A stretch of 64,000 nucleotides of DNA from Eledone cirrhosa (taxonomy: Eukaryota), in NCBI GenBank assembly GCA_964016885.1, contig OZ024743.1, forward strand, positions 220,038,001 through 220,102,000, written 5' to 3'. The position numbers and the translations under genes are program-made. Shown one piece after another: positions 31,196 to 46,027 of the stretch (positions within the stretch are counted from its first letter, which is position 1; every line of letters begins with the position of its first letter). Below the pieces are notes generated by a model, which saw only the letters and a program-made list of their open reading frames with translations, made no database searches and had not been told where the DNA came from.

Positions 31196-31477
31196 TATAT
31201 AAAAAATATATATAAAAGAAATAAGATTTCGCTTCAAGCATAGCTTTATACAATATGTATAGAAAATATTAGTAATAATTGTTTCTACTTTTGGCACAAG
31301 GCCAGCAATTACCCAGTGCATTACTGGTACTTTATTTTATCGACCCGATTTAGGCACAAGGGCAGTAATTCGAAGGGAAGGGAAAGTCAATTAAATCGAC
31401 CTCCCAGTGTACGCTCAAACTAGTGAACCGACATTAATTAACTTTAAAGTTCCACAACAATAAACTATATATATATA

Positions 31478-31663
31478 GAGGTAGAACACTGGAAGGTAAT
31501 ATCCGTAGTGGCAGAGCACTCAGTCCATGGGACGAGTTAGGTAGAAGTGGTTACAAAACAGTTAGTTCACCATACCGAGAACAATTGTTTCACCTTAGCT
31601 GAGGATCCGCTAAGGCGTAACAATTGTTCTCGGTATAGTGAACTAACTGTTATGTAACCACTT
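31478..31663 (-). mobile_element. Family B fold-back element with apex on predicted HHR stem II
   Basis: Arms 31545-31599/31609-31663. Minus strand: CCTTAGC(9 nt)GCTAAGG-T-GAAA-CAATTG-TT. Confidence 0.7.
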
Positions 31664-31907
31664 ATATATATATATATTTAAATATATATTAAAAAAAATA
31701 GAGGTGTGACACACGAGTTGTGATATATTAGTAAAAAGAAAATGATGACAAATTTTTCCCAGTGAAAAATAGTTTAATTTTAATTAGGAATAAGTATAAA
31801 TTAGTAATAAGTAGTTAGTATTCAGTTTTAGTTTTAAGTTTTTACCGGTTGCGCATTTCTTATGCTTTTCAAAAATAATTTTGAGATAGAGTGCTCGTGA
31901 TTTTTGC

Positions 31908-31988
<81 letters not shown>

Positions 31989-33431
31989 TATAGACATATA
32001 TATATATATACCAATAATAATAATAATGATAATAATGATGAGAAGAAGAAGAAGAAGAAGAAGAAGAAGAAGAAGAAGAAGAAGAAGAAGAAGAATGGGG
32101 ACTTTCACAATAGTAGTTTGTGACTGAGTCTGAAAAACTTTAGTTGTCACAATTAGAATGTCTTTGATCATAGGTTGGCTAGAACAGACCGACCTGGGGT
32201 TAAACAAGAACAAACAACATATCACCGGCAAAAGGATTAGTGTGAGGACCGTATGTTTTGAGAAAATAATAATCGCTAATAGAAATATTGATATATAGAT
32301 TGATAAAAAGTTTGCTATATACTTAATAAATGCAAACACTACACACTACACAATAAATACTTATAGGTGATTAATAGGTGGGATATAAATTACATGTTTT
32401 TAAATTACTACTACACTGACCAGACAAAATCATGAGAACGACGGATAAATTGTTTTATTTGTAATTTGTAATTTTTGAGATTAACCACACTAAAGAGGCT
32501 ATCAATGCGACAGATTGGCAGAGTCTTTAGAACGGCAGATAGAATACTTTGCGGTATTAGTTTCGGGTTTTTACTCTCTGAGTTCAAATCCCGTCGAGGT
32601 CAACTTTGCCTTTCTTCCTTTCGAGATCGATAAAAAAATACCATTTTAGTACTGGGGTAGATTCTTCCTCAGTATCTTTTTCTCACTTTCTCTCTCTCAC
32701 TTTTTATCCTTCTCTGGAAGGAATCTGCTTTATTCCGACTTGGAGAGGGTTGGGCTACGCCAGGTTTAAAATGCCCAAGGAACACCATTACATCGCCCCT
32801 ACGACCCCACCAGGAGTTACGGGACCATGCATGCATGCAAGAGGCTACCAAGGCAACACATTGCTAGAGTCGTTTGGGCACCAGATTAAAAATGCCACGG
32901 TATTTGTTCTTTGTCACTGCTACCTGAGTTCAAATCTCTCCAAAACCAATTTTACCTTTCATCCTTTCGGGGTCAATAAATTAAGTACCAGATTAGTTTT
33001 GTGGTTGATTCTTCCTCTACCAATCTTTATCACTTTCTTTCGTTTTCTCTTCTTCACTATCAGAAATCGGCTGTGTTCAGACCTGGAAAGGGATGGGCTC
33101 GGCCAGATTTAAAAAGTGCCGCTCCTATGCTATCAGGAGTAAAGGCCCTTCTCATTCCCTTTTCTAGCTATCTAACGACATATTGAGTTCAAATTCCGCC
33201 AAGTTTCACTTCACTTATCATCGATAAAATTAAGTGCCAATCTAGTACTGGAGTAAAGTTAATTGACTTAACACCACCCGCTCCAAATATGTGGCTGTCT
33301 ACTTTCATTGGAAAAGATTTATATACATAGTATTTAGTATTTAAATCTTTTAAATATATCCAGAGCCACAAATCTGCCTTAATAAACGTTTAATCTCTAC
33401 TATGGCACTGAGTACTCATTTTTGTACTCGG

Positions 33432-33475
<44 letters not shown>

Positions 33476-33477
<2 letters not shown>

Positions 33478-33624
33478 CGAAGGAATTGTGGTAAGGAACC
33501 AGATGGACCATAACACACCTGAGTACTCAATACTTAGGGTAGTAGAGTGGGTAATAGGAAAAAGTATGACCCCGACGGCAGAGCTCAAGCCGTTTCGACG
33601 GCTATTTCTGAACTCAGTCCAGAA

Positions 33625-33628
<4 letters not shown>
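33476..33628 (-). mobile_element. Family A element with short terminal hairpin
   Basis: Matches 23761-23900. Other partial copies at 21189-21270, 26775-26852, 40403-40460, 46832-46925, 47146-47242 and 52883-53003. Confidence 0.8.
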
Positions 33629-33656
<28 letters not shown>

Positions 33657-33940
33657 TTAGGTTTGAAGGTTCACCACTGGATAGAGCTGGTCATTCCGTA
33701 TGGTCAATCTTGATGTGATAATATGGAGAGTACTCAACGTCTTCGTTTGTGTAGTTGGTGGTGCGAGTACGGAGTTAAATATTATAATAAAATAACAGGA
33801 GGCTAGACTTGTGTAAATCCTTGAAACCTTTCAAGGATTTACACAAGTCCAGCCTCCTGTTATTTTATTATATTATTAAGTACCAGTAATGTACTGCGTA
33901 ATTGCTGGCGTTGTGCCTAAAATAGACACAATTATTATTA

Positions 33941-33991
<51 letters not shown>

Positions 33992-34035
33992 ATAATTGTG
34001 TCTATATATATATATATAATAATTGTGTCTACATA

Positions 34036-34078
<43 letters not shown>

Positions 34079-34136
34079 GTATTTAATACAATAACAGAGA
34101 TAGCTTAACGCTAAACTCCGACTATACATGTATATG

Positions 34137-34168
<32 letters not shown>

Positions 34169-34214
34169 TATATATATATGTGTATGTATATGTGTGTGCA
34201 CGTTTGTGTATGTG

Positions 34215-34291
<77 letters not shown>

Positions 34292-34611
34292 GTATATACG
34301 TACACAGAAAGACACACTGCGGTGGAGTTAGCACCAGGGAGGAAAGCAGAGGGAAGGGAAGAAGGTAGAGGGGGAGGAGTCTTAATGTAGTGGATCACTT
34401 ATCTGACACCCTCACTCCCTACTTAGTGGTTGATTCCTATTGCCTCTCACACACACACACTCCATAGCATTGGATACCGAACTATGCAGAGTGAGTTTTA
34501 TATGCAATGATAGGAGAATAGAAATGAGAGAGCTGAGTGGTTCACTACTGGACTTAACTAAAAATAAATAAACAGCTATTTTATTTACAGCAATGATCCT
34601 CAATCTTATTG

Positions 34612-34668
<57 letters not shown>

Positions 34669-34688
34669 ATGTGTGTGTGTGTGTGTGC

Positions 34689-34763
<75 letters not shown>

Positions 34764-34850
34764 TATGCGTGTGTATGTATTTACATATATAATTATATAT
34801 ATATATATATATATAGAAAAGCTGACAACTCGAGACACGAATATATATAT

Positions 34851-34891
<41 letters not shown>

Positions 34892-34924
34892 ATCGTGTCT
34901 CGAGCTGTCTGCCGGCGAAAGAAT

Positions 34925-34960
<36 letters not shown>

Positions 34961-34964
34961 TATA

Positions 34965-35250
<286 letters not shown>

Positions 35251-35378
35251 CACGTACATACATATATGTATACAGATGTACAGTAGTATGTATATATACA
35301 TACATGCACACATATATATATGTACGTAAGTAACAGCCGTACTAAGAGTGGGAAATGAAATTTCGTTTCATTTTTTCC

Positions 35379-35416
<38 letters not shown>

Positions 35417-35686
35417 TAGCTGGTTTTATGAGTTTGTGTAATAAACTCACTAAACGTGCACGAAATGAAATGAATGATTCATATATTGTCTAACGAGTCA
35501 ATATATTTGTTATTAATAGTGACTGGTTATTTGGTAATATATTTGTATATACACTAACATATATAAACTGTTAGCTAAATACCCTTAAGCCAGCTAACGA
35601 GCATATACGCATGTACGCATCTTATGCTAACGTTTTAAAAACGTAGGACAGATTAGATAATGTTTATCTTTATATGTATATGCATG

Positions 35687-35793
<107 letters not shown>

Positions 35794-36410
35794 GTGTGTA
35801 CGTATGCATACTTACATTTATATATCAGCTGTGCTAGGGCGGGAAATAAAATACTAATTTTATCTTTATATATATATATATATATATATATAAATGAGAC
35901 GTATAGAGATTGTTTTAGCAAGAAGTTAACGGCATTCTATAACATATATGCGACTATAACGTCAAGATGGGAAAAGTAGTTAACGAAAGATTTAGGAAAA
36001 ATAACTCAAACTCATCTCAAAAGAGAATCAGGATACAAATTCATCCACAGAATTTAGTAAAATCCATGGAAAAATCAATACACCTTTAACTCATGATAAA
36101 ACAAAGTTTGAAACACTTATCCTTCAATTTGGAATAACATCAAATGCTCTGTATAGTCTTAAAAGACTATTTCATGAAAACTTTCAGTGGAGATATATAT
36201 ATATATATATATATGCCAGACTGTCTTAAATTTCACCCCTTTGGTCATCTACCTCTTTCTGTGTTAGTGTAAACACACATATATTTGTACATGTATATGT
36301 ATGTATGTTTATGTATATGTATGTATGTATCTATGTATCTACGTATGTATGTATATATATACATATATACATATGTATATATATATATATATATATACAT
36401 ATACATACTT

Positions 36411-36721
36411 GAGGGCGCATGGCTTAGTGGTTAGAGCATTGGGCTTGAAATCGGAAGGTTGTGAGTCCGATTCTCGGACAGGGTGCTGCAAGACACCTTA
36501 TTTCACGTTGCTCCAGTTTACTCAGCTGTAGAAATGAGTTGCGCCGTCACTAGTGCCAAGCTGTATCGGCCATTACCTTTCCCTTGGACAACATCGGTAG
36601 CGTGGAGAAGGGCGGCTGGTATGCATGGGCGACTGGTGGTCTTCCACTCAGAGGGGACTTGTGCCTCGGAGGGGAACTTTCTAGGTGTTAATTCTATTGT
36701 CATTCGTGACCGAAGGGGGTC

Positions 36722-36723
<2 letters not shown>
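36411..36723 (+). mobile_element. tRNA-derived SINE with CORE-like central domain, followed by (CA)n
   Basis: A box TGGCTTAGTGG, degenerate B box, and GCAAGACACCTTATTTCACGTTGCTCCAGTTTACTCAGCTGTAGAAATGAG. Confidence 0.75.
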
Positions 36724-36800
<77 letters not shown>

Positions 36801-36968
36801 GTGTGTGTGTGTATACATGTGTGTGTAAAATCACCCTGTCCTGGAGACGATCCAAAAAGTTTAAGGCACTATTTGTTCCAATATAAAAACTACCAGTTTT
36901 ATTAAGCAAGTCTTTAAAAGACTATAAAGATTGAAGATCTTCCCATGCATGGCGAAGTCTGTCATATA

Positions 36969-37017
<49 letters not shown>

Positions 37018-37020
<3 letters not shown>

Positions 37021-37060
37021 GGTGTCCCCCCAAAATGTATGCATACTTCAACAGCATTCT
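37018..37060 (+). mobile_element. Solo Tc1/mariner-type terminal repeat
   Basis: TA-CAGGGTGTCCCCCCAAAA; no partner end seen. Confidence 0.4.
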
Positions 37061-37272
37061 AATAAATATTCCATGTACAGGTAATCAAAGTGTATATATA
37101 TATATGCATACATATAACAGATCCCGTTAATGGTGACAGCATCGATTCTATGCTTAACTTTAATCTGTTATTTTAATAAATATTTATTTATTATATATTT
37201 TATATATATATATATATATATATTATCCTTATCGAGCCCTCTTCGGATTTTAGTCTTCACATTTATTATTAT

Positions 37273-37322
<50 letters not shown>

Positions 37323-37324
<2 letters not shown>

Positions 37325-37515
37325 GAACCAGTAAGACTCCGACAGCTGAGCTCAAGCCGTTTCGACGGCTAATTCTGGAGTCCAGAATTAGCCGTCGAAA
37401 CGGCTTGAGCTCAGCTGTCGGGGTCTTACTGGTTCCTATTACCCACTCTACTACCTCAAGTATTGAGTACTTTGGTGCGTTATGGTCCACCTGGTTCCTT
37501 ACCACATTTCCTTCG

Positions 37516-37520
<5 letters not shown>
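37323..37520 (+). mobile_element. Family A fold-back element
   Basis: Arms meet at TCTGGA-g-TCCAGA (about 37380); (TA)n flanks. Confidence 0.82.
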
Positions 37521-37586
<66 letters not shown>

Positions 37587-37923
37587 CATATATACAGATT
37601 GTTGGTAACAATCAATGCTGTGCGGCTTCATCTTGACGGTGTGCTTGAAGTACTGCAAAGCTCATATACCGTAAGAGGACACTTGAGATTTCTGAAGAGC
37701 TTACTTAAGATATTGCCGACTATGGTCTGTGTTCTATGTCATCGACTTTTCAAACTTTGTTAACAGCCACTTGTTTTCTTTGTATTTAAGTTGAGCATCG
37801 TCCAACGAAATACCTAGTATTTAGTATCTGTGTTAACTTCGCCGCCATTCACACACATGCACGCATGAACGCAAACACACACACGCATATTCGCCCCCCC
37901 CCCCCTATATATATATATATATA

Positions 37924-38126
37924 TAACGAAGGAAATGTGGTAAGGAACCAGGTGGACCATAACGCACCAAAGTACTCAATACTTGAGGTAGTAGAGTGGG
38001 TAATAGGAACCAGTAAGACCCCGACAGCTGAGCTCAAGCCGTTTCGACGGCTAATTCTAGACTAATTCTGAGTCTAGAATTAGCCGTCGAAACGGCTTGA
38101 GCTCAGCTGTCGGGGTCTTACTGGTT

Positions 38127-38131
<5 letters not shown>
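37924..38131 (-). mobile_element. Family A fold-back element
   Basis: Near-identical, inverted relative of 37323-37520; apex retains CTAATTCTG-agtc-TAGAATTAG. Confidence 0.82.
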
Positions 38132-38199
<68 letters not shown>

Positions 38200-38591
38200 A
38201 CATATGTGTGTATGCCTGTATTTATATACGCGCCTATATGTATGCATATATATACCTTAATATAAATGTCGCCATGAGCATCGAGATCAATAAAAAACCA
38301 AATCAAACCAAACTCACTCTCAGCATCTAGCATCCACGTATCTTTCCTGGTCACGAGTGAAAGATGGGCTAGGATTAAGAGGACAGTGTATATATTGCAA
38401 CTAAGTTATTGCTTAATCGGACAAACATCAGAGACCTAGAGTTCTCCAAATTCATGCATAGAATTATTATTATTATTATTATCATTTAGTAACTAGATTC
38501 CCTCATTAATATGCCAGAAAATACGAATTTCTCTGTAAATTGAAAAAAATGCAAAACACTTTCAATCGATTTTCGGATCTAATTGGACCTT

Positions 38592-38878
38592 CACCAGAAG
38601 GCGTGTGTATCCTCCAATCAACCTCAAGGAAACAAGTATTTGTTGGGTATGTATACCCATTGGCTCTTAATATTATTCTGAAATGGAAGTACTAATTTGC
38701 GTATGATTAGCGCTCATGCTGGAAATTAATTAAGAAGTTGGTAAATAATTACCAACATGAGCGCTAATTATACGCAAATTAGTACTTTCATTTCAGAATA
38801 ATATTAAGAGCGAATGGATATACATACCCAACAAATACTTGTTTGCTTGAGGTTGATTGGAGGATACACACGCCTTCT

Positions 38879-38882
<4 letters not shown>
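38592..38882. mobile_element. Fold-back insertion with arms of about 135 bp, joined to (TG)n; degenerate HHR at 38558-38601 (minus)
   Basis: Arms seen directly. Minus strand: CTGGTGA-AGGTC(caatta)GATCC-GAAA-ATCGATT. Confidence 0.65.
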
Positions 38883-38977
<95 letters not shown>

Positions 38978-39286
38978 CACAAAGCATTTTGACTGACCGA
39001 CGGTTTAAAGATTCTGCCAGTTCTGATCAATAACTTAGGACTAAATAGTATTAGCAACAAAAATCAATCGGCTCCGTCGATTTCGATAAGTGTTCCAGTT
39101 GTTCAATGAACGGAACTGTCGGCTTATGAAATTAGCGTGTAAGTGGCTGAGCATTCCATTTAGCAGTACACAATGTGAGTCTTGTCTGGTCCATTGGATT
39201 ACAGATACAGACCATTCGACCTTCTTAAACAGTTCCAGTCTCTCCAATTCCACTGACAAGATATGTTGACCCGAGACTATAGAAAG

Positions 39287-39600
39287 TGAAGGCGCGGGCT
39301 TTGTGGTTAGGGAATTCAGCTTGCGATCGTAAGGTTGTGAGTTGGATTCCTGGCGGGCACTGTATTCTTGAGCAAGACACTTTATTTCACTTTGTTCCAG
39401 TTCACTCAGCTGGCGAAAATGAGTTGTACTTGTAATTCGAAGGGCCTGCCTTGTCACATTCTGGGTTATGCCGAATCTCCCCGAGAGGGTACGCATTTTT
39501 GTGGAATGCTCAGCCGCTTGCACGTTAATTTCACGAGCAGGTTGTTCCGTTGATCGGATCAACTGGAACGCCCGTCGTCGTAACCGACGGAATGTCTTCC
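39287..39600 (+). mobile_element. tRNA-derived SINE with CORE-like domain and a different tail from 36411
   Basis: TTGAGCAAGACACTTTATTTCAC...CACTCAGCTGGCGAAAATGAG; inverted partial relative at about 39060-39170. Confidence 0.72.
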
Positions 39601-40197
39601 ATTCCATAGTAAATGACACGCTGTCGGATCGAACCCGGGACTTAATGATTTCAAAGCAAGCATTTTACCTATTCGATTAAGCTACGTCCACAACGACACC
39701 ACAATTAGTAAGAAAATACTGTAGGAGGAGAAGGTCAATCAATGGCCACTTCAGTTTTAAAAATCTTAAAAGATACATATGATTGGTAGAGAACATTTAT
39801 TTCACTAGCTGTTGTATTATCCCGGAACGAAACACTTAACTGTTGAATTACAGTTATGTGCAATATATGACTTGGATCTGAAAGCTCCAGAAACAGGTAA
39901 TAAAAGATGTTACGTGGAGAAACACTTTTCCAAAGTACGAGAGTTATTACTGCCGGAAATATATTTAACCTTGAGCGATGTGGCACACACGCACACACGC
40001 ACACACACACACACACACGCATCCCCCCCCCCCCACATATATATATATGAATGTATATATAGTGTATTTTGCAATACACTGTATGCTTAATTAAAAGCTC
40101 ACTTTGCCTGCTGAAAATTATGAATGTTGGATTCTTATAGAATTCCAGTAATATACAGAGCGGTTGCCGGTTCAACAAAAATTGAAAATTAGAAAAT

Positions 40198-40245
40198 TAA
40201 GCTCTGAGGAGTACCAACAGTATGAAACAGAGATCTGTCAGCTTA
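40198..40245 (+). ncRNA. Intact-looking type I hammerhead inside fold-back element 40044-40400
   Basis: taagct-CTGAGGA-GTAC(caaca)GTAT-GAAA-CAGA(ga)TCTG-TC-agctta: complete core, three stems and a GUC site. Confidence 0.82.
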
Positions 40246-40457
40246 TCTCCCTTTGTTTGCTGAAAAAAGAAGTAAGTGACATAGTCACTACTTTAAAACA
40301 ATAGTGTAAGGTCTTCAAAATGCTTTTAATTAAGCATACAGTGTATTGCAAAATACACTATATATACATTCATATATATATCGCTATTTCAGAGCACCAA
40401 TTCTAATTATAGCCGTCGATACGCTTTGAGCTCTGACGTCGGGGTCAAACATTTTCC

Positions 40458-40506
<49 letters not shown>

Positions 40507-40558
40507 GTGTGCGTGTGCGTGTGCGTGTGTGTACGTGCGTGCGCGTGTGTGTGTGTGT

Positions 40559-40605
40559 ACGAGGATAGGCTGAAAAGTTCATAGGCTGACCAAGATACTC
40601 CCATA
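40559..40605 (+). mobile_element. Solo mariner-like terminal repeat
   Basis: TA-CGAGGATAGGCTGAAAAGTTCATAGGCTGAC resembles mariner TIR starts; no partner end seen. Confidence 0.45.
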
Positions 40606-41189
40606 GTCACATGTATACTTATTCTAATTCTCAGTGAGATTTAGCGTGACAATGTGTGACATGACAGGTACAACTAATTTTTCCCAGCTGAATGAACTGA
40701 AGCAACATGTAATAAAGTATCTTGCTTAAGGACATAATGCGTCGCCGGGAAACGAATTCACGCTTTATCACTACGCCATAGGCCTTGTGATCCTTCGTTA
40801 AATACAACTACCTTCACCATTTAACCCTTTTGATACGAAACCGCCTGAAATTTCCACAAGTTCTACGATACTAAGGAGTTTATTATATTTGTAAGAGTTT
40901 ATATTTATTTATAAACCTTTCATCATAATTTTATCGAAGAAAACACCGTCTTGGTAATGAGAAATTTAAGTATATTATTAAATTCTATATTATGTTAAAA
41001 ATCAACAAAATTATAAGCAGGGTCATTAGAAGTATGGTAAGGAAGGGGTAAAAAAAAGGATGTAAACCACATTTACTGAAGTGAGCTATTCCAATGAATA
41101 CAGGGGTATCTATTTCGTCATTTTAGAGCAAATATTTCGTGTAAAATCGTTAGTGTGTGGGCTCAATGGTATATATGTACACACACGCA

Positions 41190-41320
<131 letters not shown>

Positions 41321-41359
41321 ACACACACACACCGACACACACACACACACCGACACACA

Positions 41360-41405
<46 letters not shown>

Positions 41406-41923
41406 CAAAAACAAAGAAAGACGTCAGAGAATTGCAGACTAGGCCTTAATGGATCACAGTTTTATACAATTCTGTATAATTTCATAAATTATATAATAAA
41501 CAAATAGCTAAACATTTTTGATTTTTTGTGTGTAGCAGCATTGTGGAATATTCAAAGCGGTGGAGAGGGTAGTATATAGTTATGAATTATTACATGATGT
41601 GGCATAGAGGAATGTGGACTGTATAGTGGAAACGCGGGCTTAATAATTTTCTTATTGCAGTTAGGGCAATAAGTGTTAAAATCAAGGTTCGTTAGCTTAG
41701 CAAACCATAAGACAAAATAATTTTATTTGGGAGAATGGAGCGAATACCCGAGAGACGGGGAAACACATTGTAAGTGGTAGCTTAGTTAACGGGGTTCCTT
41801 TATATGGCGTGATGCCTTCCATCAGATTTATTTATCAGTACAGTTAAGGACTTTGTCAATTGTCAGCTAGCACAAGACATATAATATCCGAATTAAAATG
41901 TAATCATTATTTTTGCCTTCATA

Positions 41924-42115
41924 AACGGCGCTGGATTGGCAGTATCGTTAGAGGGTCGGACGCCATGCTTTCCAGCATAGTTACGTCCCTTTACGATATG
42001 AGTTCAAATCCCGCCGAGGTTGACTTTGCCTTTCATCCTTACGGGGTCGATAAAATAAAGTACCAGTAATGGACTAAGTAATTGCTGGCCTTGTGCTTAA
42101 AGTAGAATCAATTAT
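41924..42115 (+). mobile_element. Full-length tRNA-derived SINE with 18-bp TSD
   Basis: A box TGGCAGTATCG, B box GAGTTCAAATCCC; TSD ATTATTTTTGCCTTCATA at 41906-41923 and 42111-42128. Confidence 0.9.
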
Positions 42116-42313
42116 TTTTGCCTTCATACTTAATGAAACTATGATGACTAATAAACTATTAACATTAGCCACTTATTGGTAAAATTAGCCACTTAACTTT
42201 CTGTTGTCATAGTGACTTTTTTCTCTGTTGTGCTGCAAATTTGTCACAAAAATCTAAGCACACACAGGCGTGCGCGTACACACATATATGAATATTTTGA
42301 GTGTGCGTATGTA

Positions 42314-42348
<35 letters not shown>

Positions 42349-42421
42349 TACATATATATTTATAAATATACATACGTACTCTTATACTGTCTTGTTTTCT
42401 TGTACGTATATATATAGATAT

Positions 42422-42485
<64 letters not shown>

Positions 42486-43027
42486 TATATATACACACGG
42501 TAAAACATTGATTCGAGAACTGAACGTACATTTTCCATTTAGGAGTGACGGTTTATTTTTAGAATAAGGAAATACAAAGTAGTTTAGATGTTAAAGTCCT
42601 TTATAGATAAGGCCGTGATACGTATTTCGATGATGACAGTGGCCACGCGACTCTGCGTAGTACCCAGTGCCATGATCTCATCAGACAGCTTCTTACATAA
42701 TAAGGTTACAATCAAGGAGGTAATCCAAAATTGAAGTGAAAGGAAACGGACAAACAGCGATGTTCATGAAGCGAATGCCCGTTCCCCGATAACGGCGGCC
42801 ACTGTTTAATGGAGGAGGCATTATTAGACTGGCCCTTCATTCAGGCATGTAGACAAAAATATGACGGGCTAGTTTAAAAGTGCCCCCTCCATAATACAGT
42901 GGTGGCCATGACTGGACCCCGAAAGCAATGGTAGCACATACATGTTAAGTGTATGGAACTTTGTTTATACTATATAAGCTCTCTTGAGCACTGTTTACCT
43001 TGGTATTTCATCTACGGATTTCTACCA

Positions 43028-43114
<87 letters not shown>

Positions 43115-43335
43115 CGTGTATGTGTGTGTGTGTGTGTGCATTTTTTGTAAATGAGCACTCAATGTGAACAGATTGTAAGATCGTTTTTATGATGAAAAAC
43201 CTGACCATGACGTCAAACTATTATGGGGATTCGAAGATGTATGTATGTATGAATGCAATTGCCTTAATATGAATGTAAACAAATTTACACAAAACAAACA
43301 ATCCACAAACTCAAGCAAATACAATCCACGATCTT

Positions 43336-43388
<53 letters not shown>

Positions 43389-43486
43389 ACTTCTGTCCGA
43401 AATGTTGAAATCTCCTCCACTTCCACCAAGCGTCAACCTAATATAACTGTGTACAATTGCCTCCTGTGTTTTGTTCGTTCATTTTC

Positions 43487-43544
<58 letters not shown>

Positions 43545-43549
43545 TAGCG

Positions 43550-44010
43550 AGCGATCAAAACACAATTTGGAAGTGGACGTAATGTGTCAGAAAACCAGGA
43601 AACCGGTGATAGTGCGAAGATAAGACAATGTTATCAGAAATCTGGACAGAGTCGAGAGATGAGTCAAGCTTTGCAGAACGTTCCAGCCTTCTGCCAGTTG
43701 ATCTCAAAGCACCCACATCAATCTAGGGTGAGATAAATGGTTTTTGAAGACTCATTTTTGGGGAAAATTGAATGAAATCTTATTGCGCAGCTGGGCATTG
43801 CGTGGGTATACGCGTATCACCCGGAAACCAAAGCTTATGAAATGTTGTTTCCTAGATCCAGAGAAACAATCATGATACAATCTCTGACACCTATGAGTGT
43901 TAGAGATATAGCAATATCAGATCTAATGACAAACCCAACACCAACTTGATGGTTGTCCTCTTCACTTTTTCCGGACCAGATGACTGTGAGGGCTTGTGTT
44001 GGGTCAGCCA
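43550..44010 (-). pseudogene. Degenerate RTE-group APE endonuclease fragment
   Basis: TVIWSGKSEEDNHQVGVGFVIRSDI...GVRDCIMIVSLDL resembles RTE/BovB WSG...GVGF...DRLM. Confidence 0.65.
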
Positions 44011-44344
44011 CACTTCTCGGAAATGTTGATAACAAAAGATTGGTGCAAACGTTTGCCCCGAACCCAGTGAAAAACACACCGCCCTTTGACAGATTTTCTT
44101 TTTCACCCCACAGAGTGTTTAAAATAAACCCTATTCACAAAGCACACACACACATATATATATGATATATATATATATATGTACATATATATGTTATATA
44201 TATATATGTATATATATGATATATGTATATATATGATATATATATATATATGATATATATATATATATGAAATATATATATGCACATATATGTACACACA
44301 CACACATATACATATATATTATATATATATATTATATATTATAT

Positions 44345-44380
<36 letters not shown>

Positions 44381-44665
44381 AAAGTTATATTTAAATTGTT
44401 GGGTTACAACTAGTAAATATTTATAACTGATATAAAAGCACTCGACAAATATTTGGAGTATATTTACAATATTAAATAAATGGAAACTATATTTATAAAA
44501 CCATATTTATTTCATTATATATACTTCAGGGATATCATATTAACAATATGCTATGCCTTCCTCAGACAAAATACAATATAAACAGTTTTATAGATAAATA
44601 AATTCGACATACCGTAACATCTACTTGCATTTGAGAAGGTTGATTTGGTTGAAGGTTGATTTAAT

Positions 44666-44705
<40 letters not shown>

Positions 44706-44864
44706 TAAATATACACGGCTTGTGTATGATTGTGTATAGAAGATTATATTAATAAAAGGAATTCCAACTTTGTCTGATTTACTCGTTTTATTTACAATCC
44801 TTTAAAATTTAAAATGCAATTTTCAACTGTTGAAAATGGCAAACTTGACTGTCACCACACATTA

Positions 44865-44903
44865 TGAACCTGAAGATTGCGAAAGCATGAAAGTACTTGT
44901 TCA
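44865..44903 (+). ncRNA. Minimal hammerhead inside fold-back element 44746-45022
   Basis: tgaac-CTGAAGA-TTGC(gaaa)GCAT-GAAA-GTAC-TT-gttca; flanked by inverted arms of about 65 bp. Confidence 0.75.
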
Positions 44904-45015
44904 ATTAACACTTAACATTTAATATTCTACCATACTATTTCATTATAATACCATTATAAATTTTAAAGGATTGTAAATAAAACGAGTAAATCAGACAAAG
45001 TTGGAATTCCTTTTA

Positions 45016-45096
<81 letters not shown>

Positions 45097-45102
45097 ATAT
45101 AT

Positions 45103-45135
<33 letters not shown>

Positions 45136-45398
45136 ATATATTATATATATATCATATATATATATATTGCACACACAAACAAACACACACACAAATATAT
45201 GTATTACATATCTATATGTAAAGGTGTGGATGTATATTTAGGTGTGTGTGTATAAAATATTTATGGAAACCTCTACTAAAACTAATTCCACAAAAAGTAA
45301 CTTACTTGCATGCGATACATTTATTTCTAAAATTAATATACCACCCAATTCCTGTACTTGATAAAGAATTTATTGATTCAAAATTACATATTCATTTG

Positions 45399-45429
<31 letters not shown>

Positions 45430-45618
45430 GCACACACACGCGCGCGCGCACACACACACGTAGCCGCACACACACATATATATTTAAAAAAAGGAAAAGA
45501 ATGACTTCGGTTGTAGTTTTAAACAATTTAATTTGGTTTTATAATATAATTTCTCAATTTGGTTTTGTAGATCTAGTATATATAAATATATATATATGTT
45601 TATGTATGTATATGTGTG

Positions 45619-45686
<68 letters not shown>

Positions 45687-45694
45687 TATGTATG

Positions 45695-45758
<64 letters not shown>

Positions 45759-45809
45759 TATGTATGTATGTGCGTGTGTATATATATATATATATATGTT
45801 TATGTATGC

Positions 45810-45858
<49 letters not shown>

Positions 45859-45866
45859 TATGTATG

Positions 45867-45914
<48 letters not shown>

Positions 45915-45923
45915 TATGTATGC

Positions 45924-45998
<75 letters not shown>

Positions 45999-46027
45999 TA
46001 TGTATGTGTGTGTATATATATATATAT

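Noticed and set aside
37984-37994. TGAGGTAGTAG matching the let-7 5' end
   Set aside because: A variant position within the family A repeat tail; other copies read TAGGGTAGTAG and the rest of let-7 is absent.
40821-41051. piggyBac-like MITE (TTAA-CCCTT...AAGGGG-TAA); similar start at 46384
   Set aside because: The ends are too degenerate to call by eye.
41924-42015. tRNA gene
   Set aside because: The A/B boxes belong to a multi-copy SINE with a TSD; no cloverleaf.
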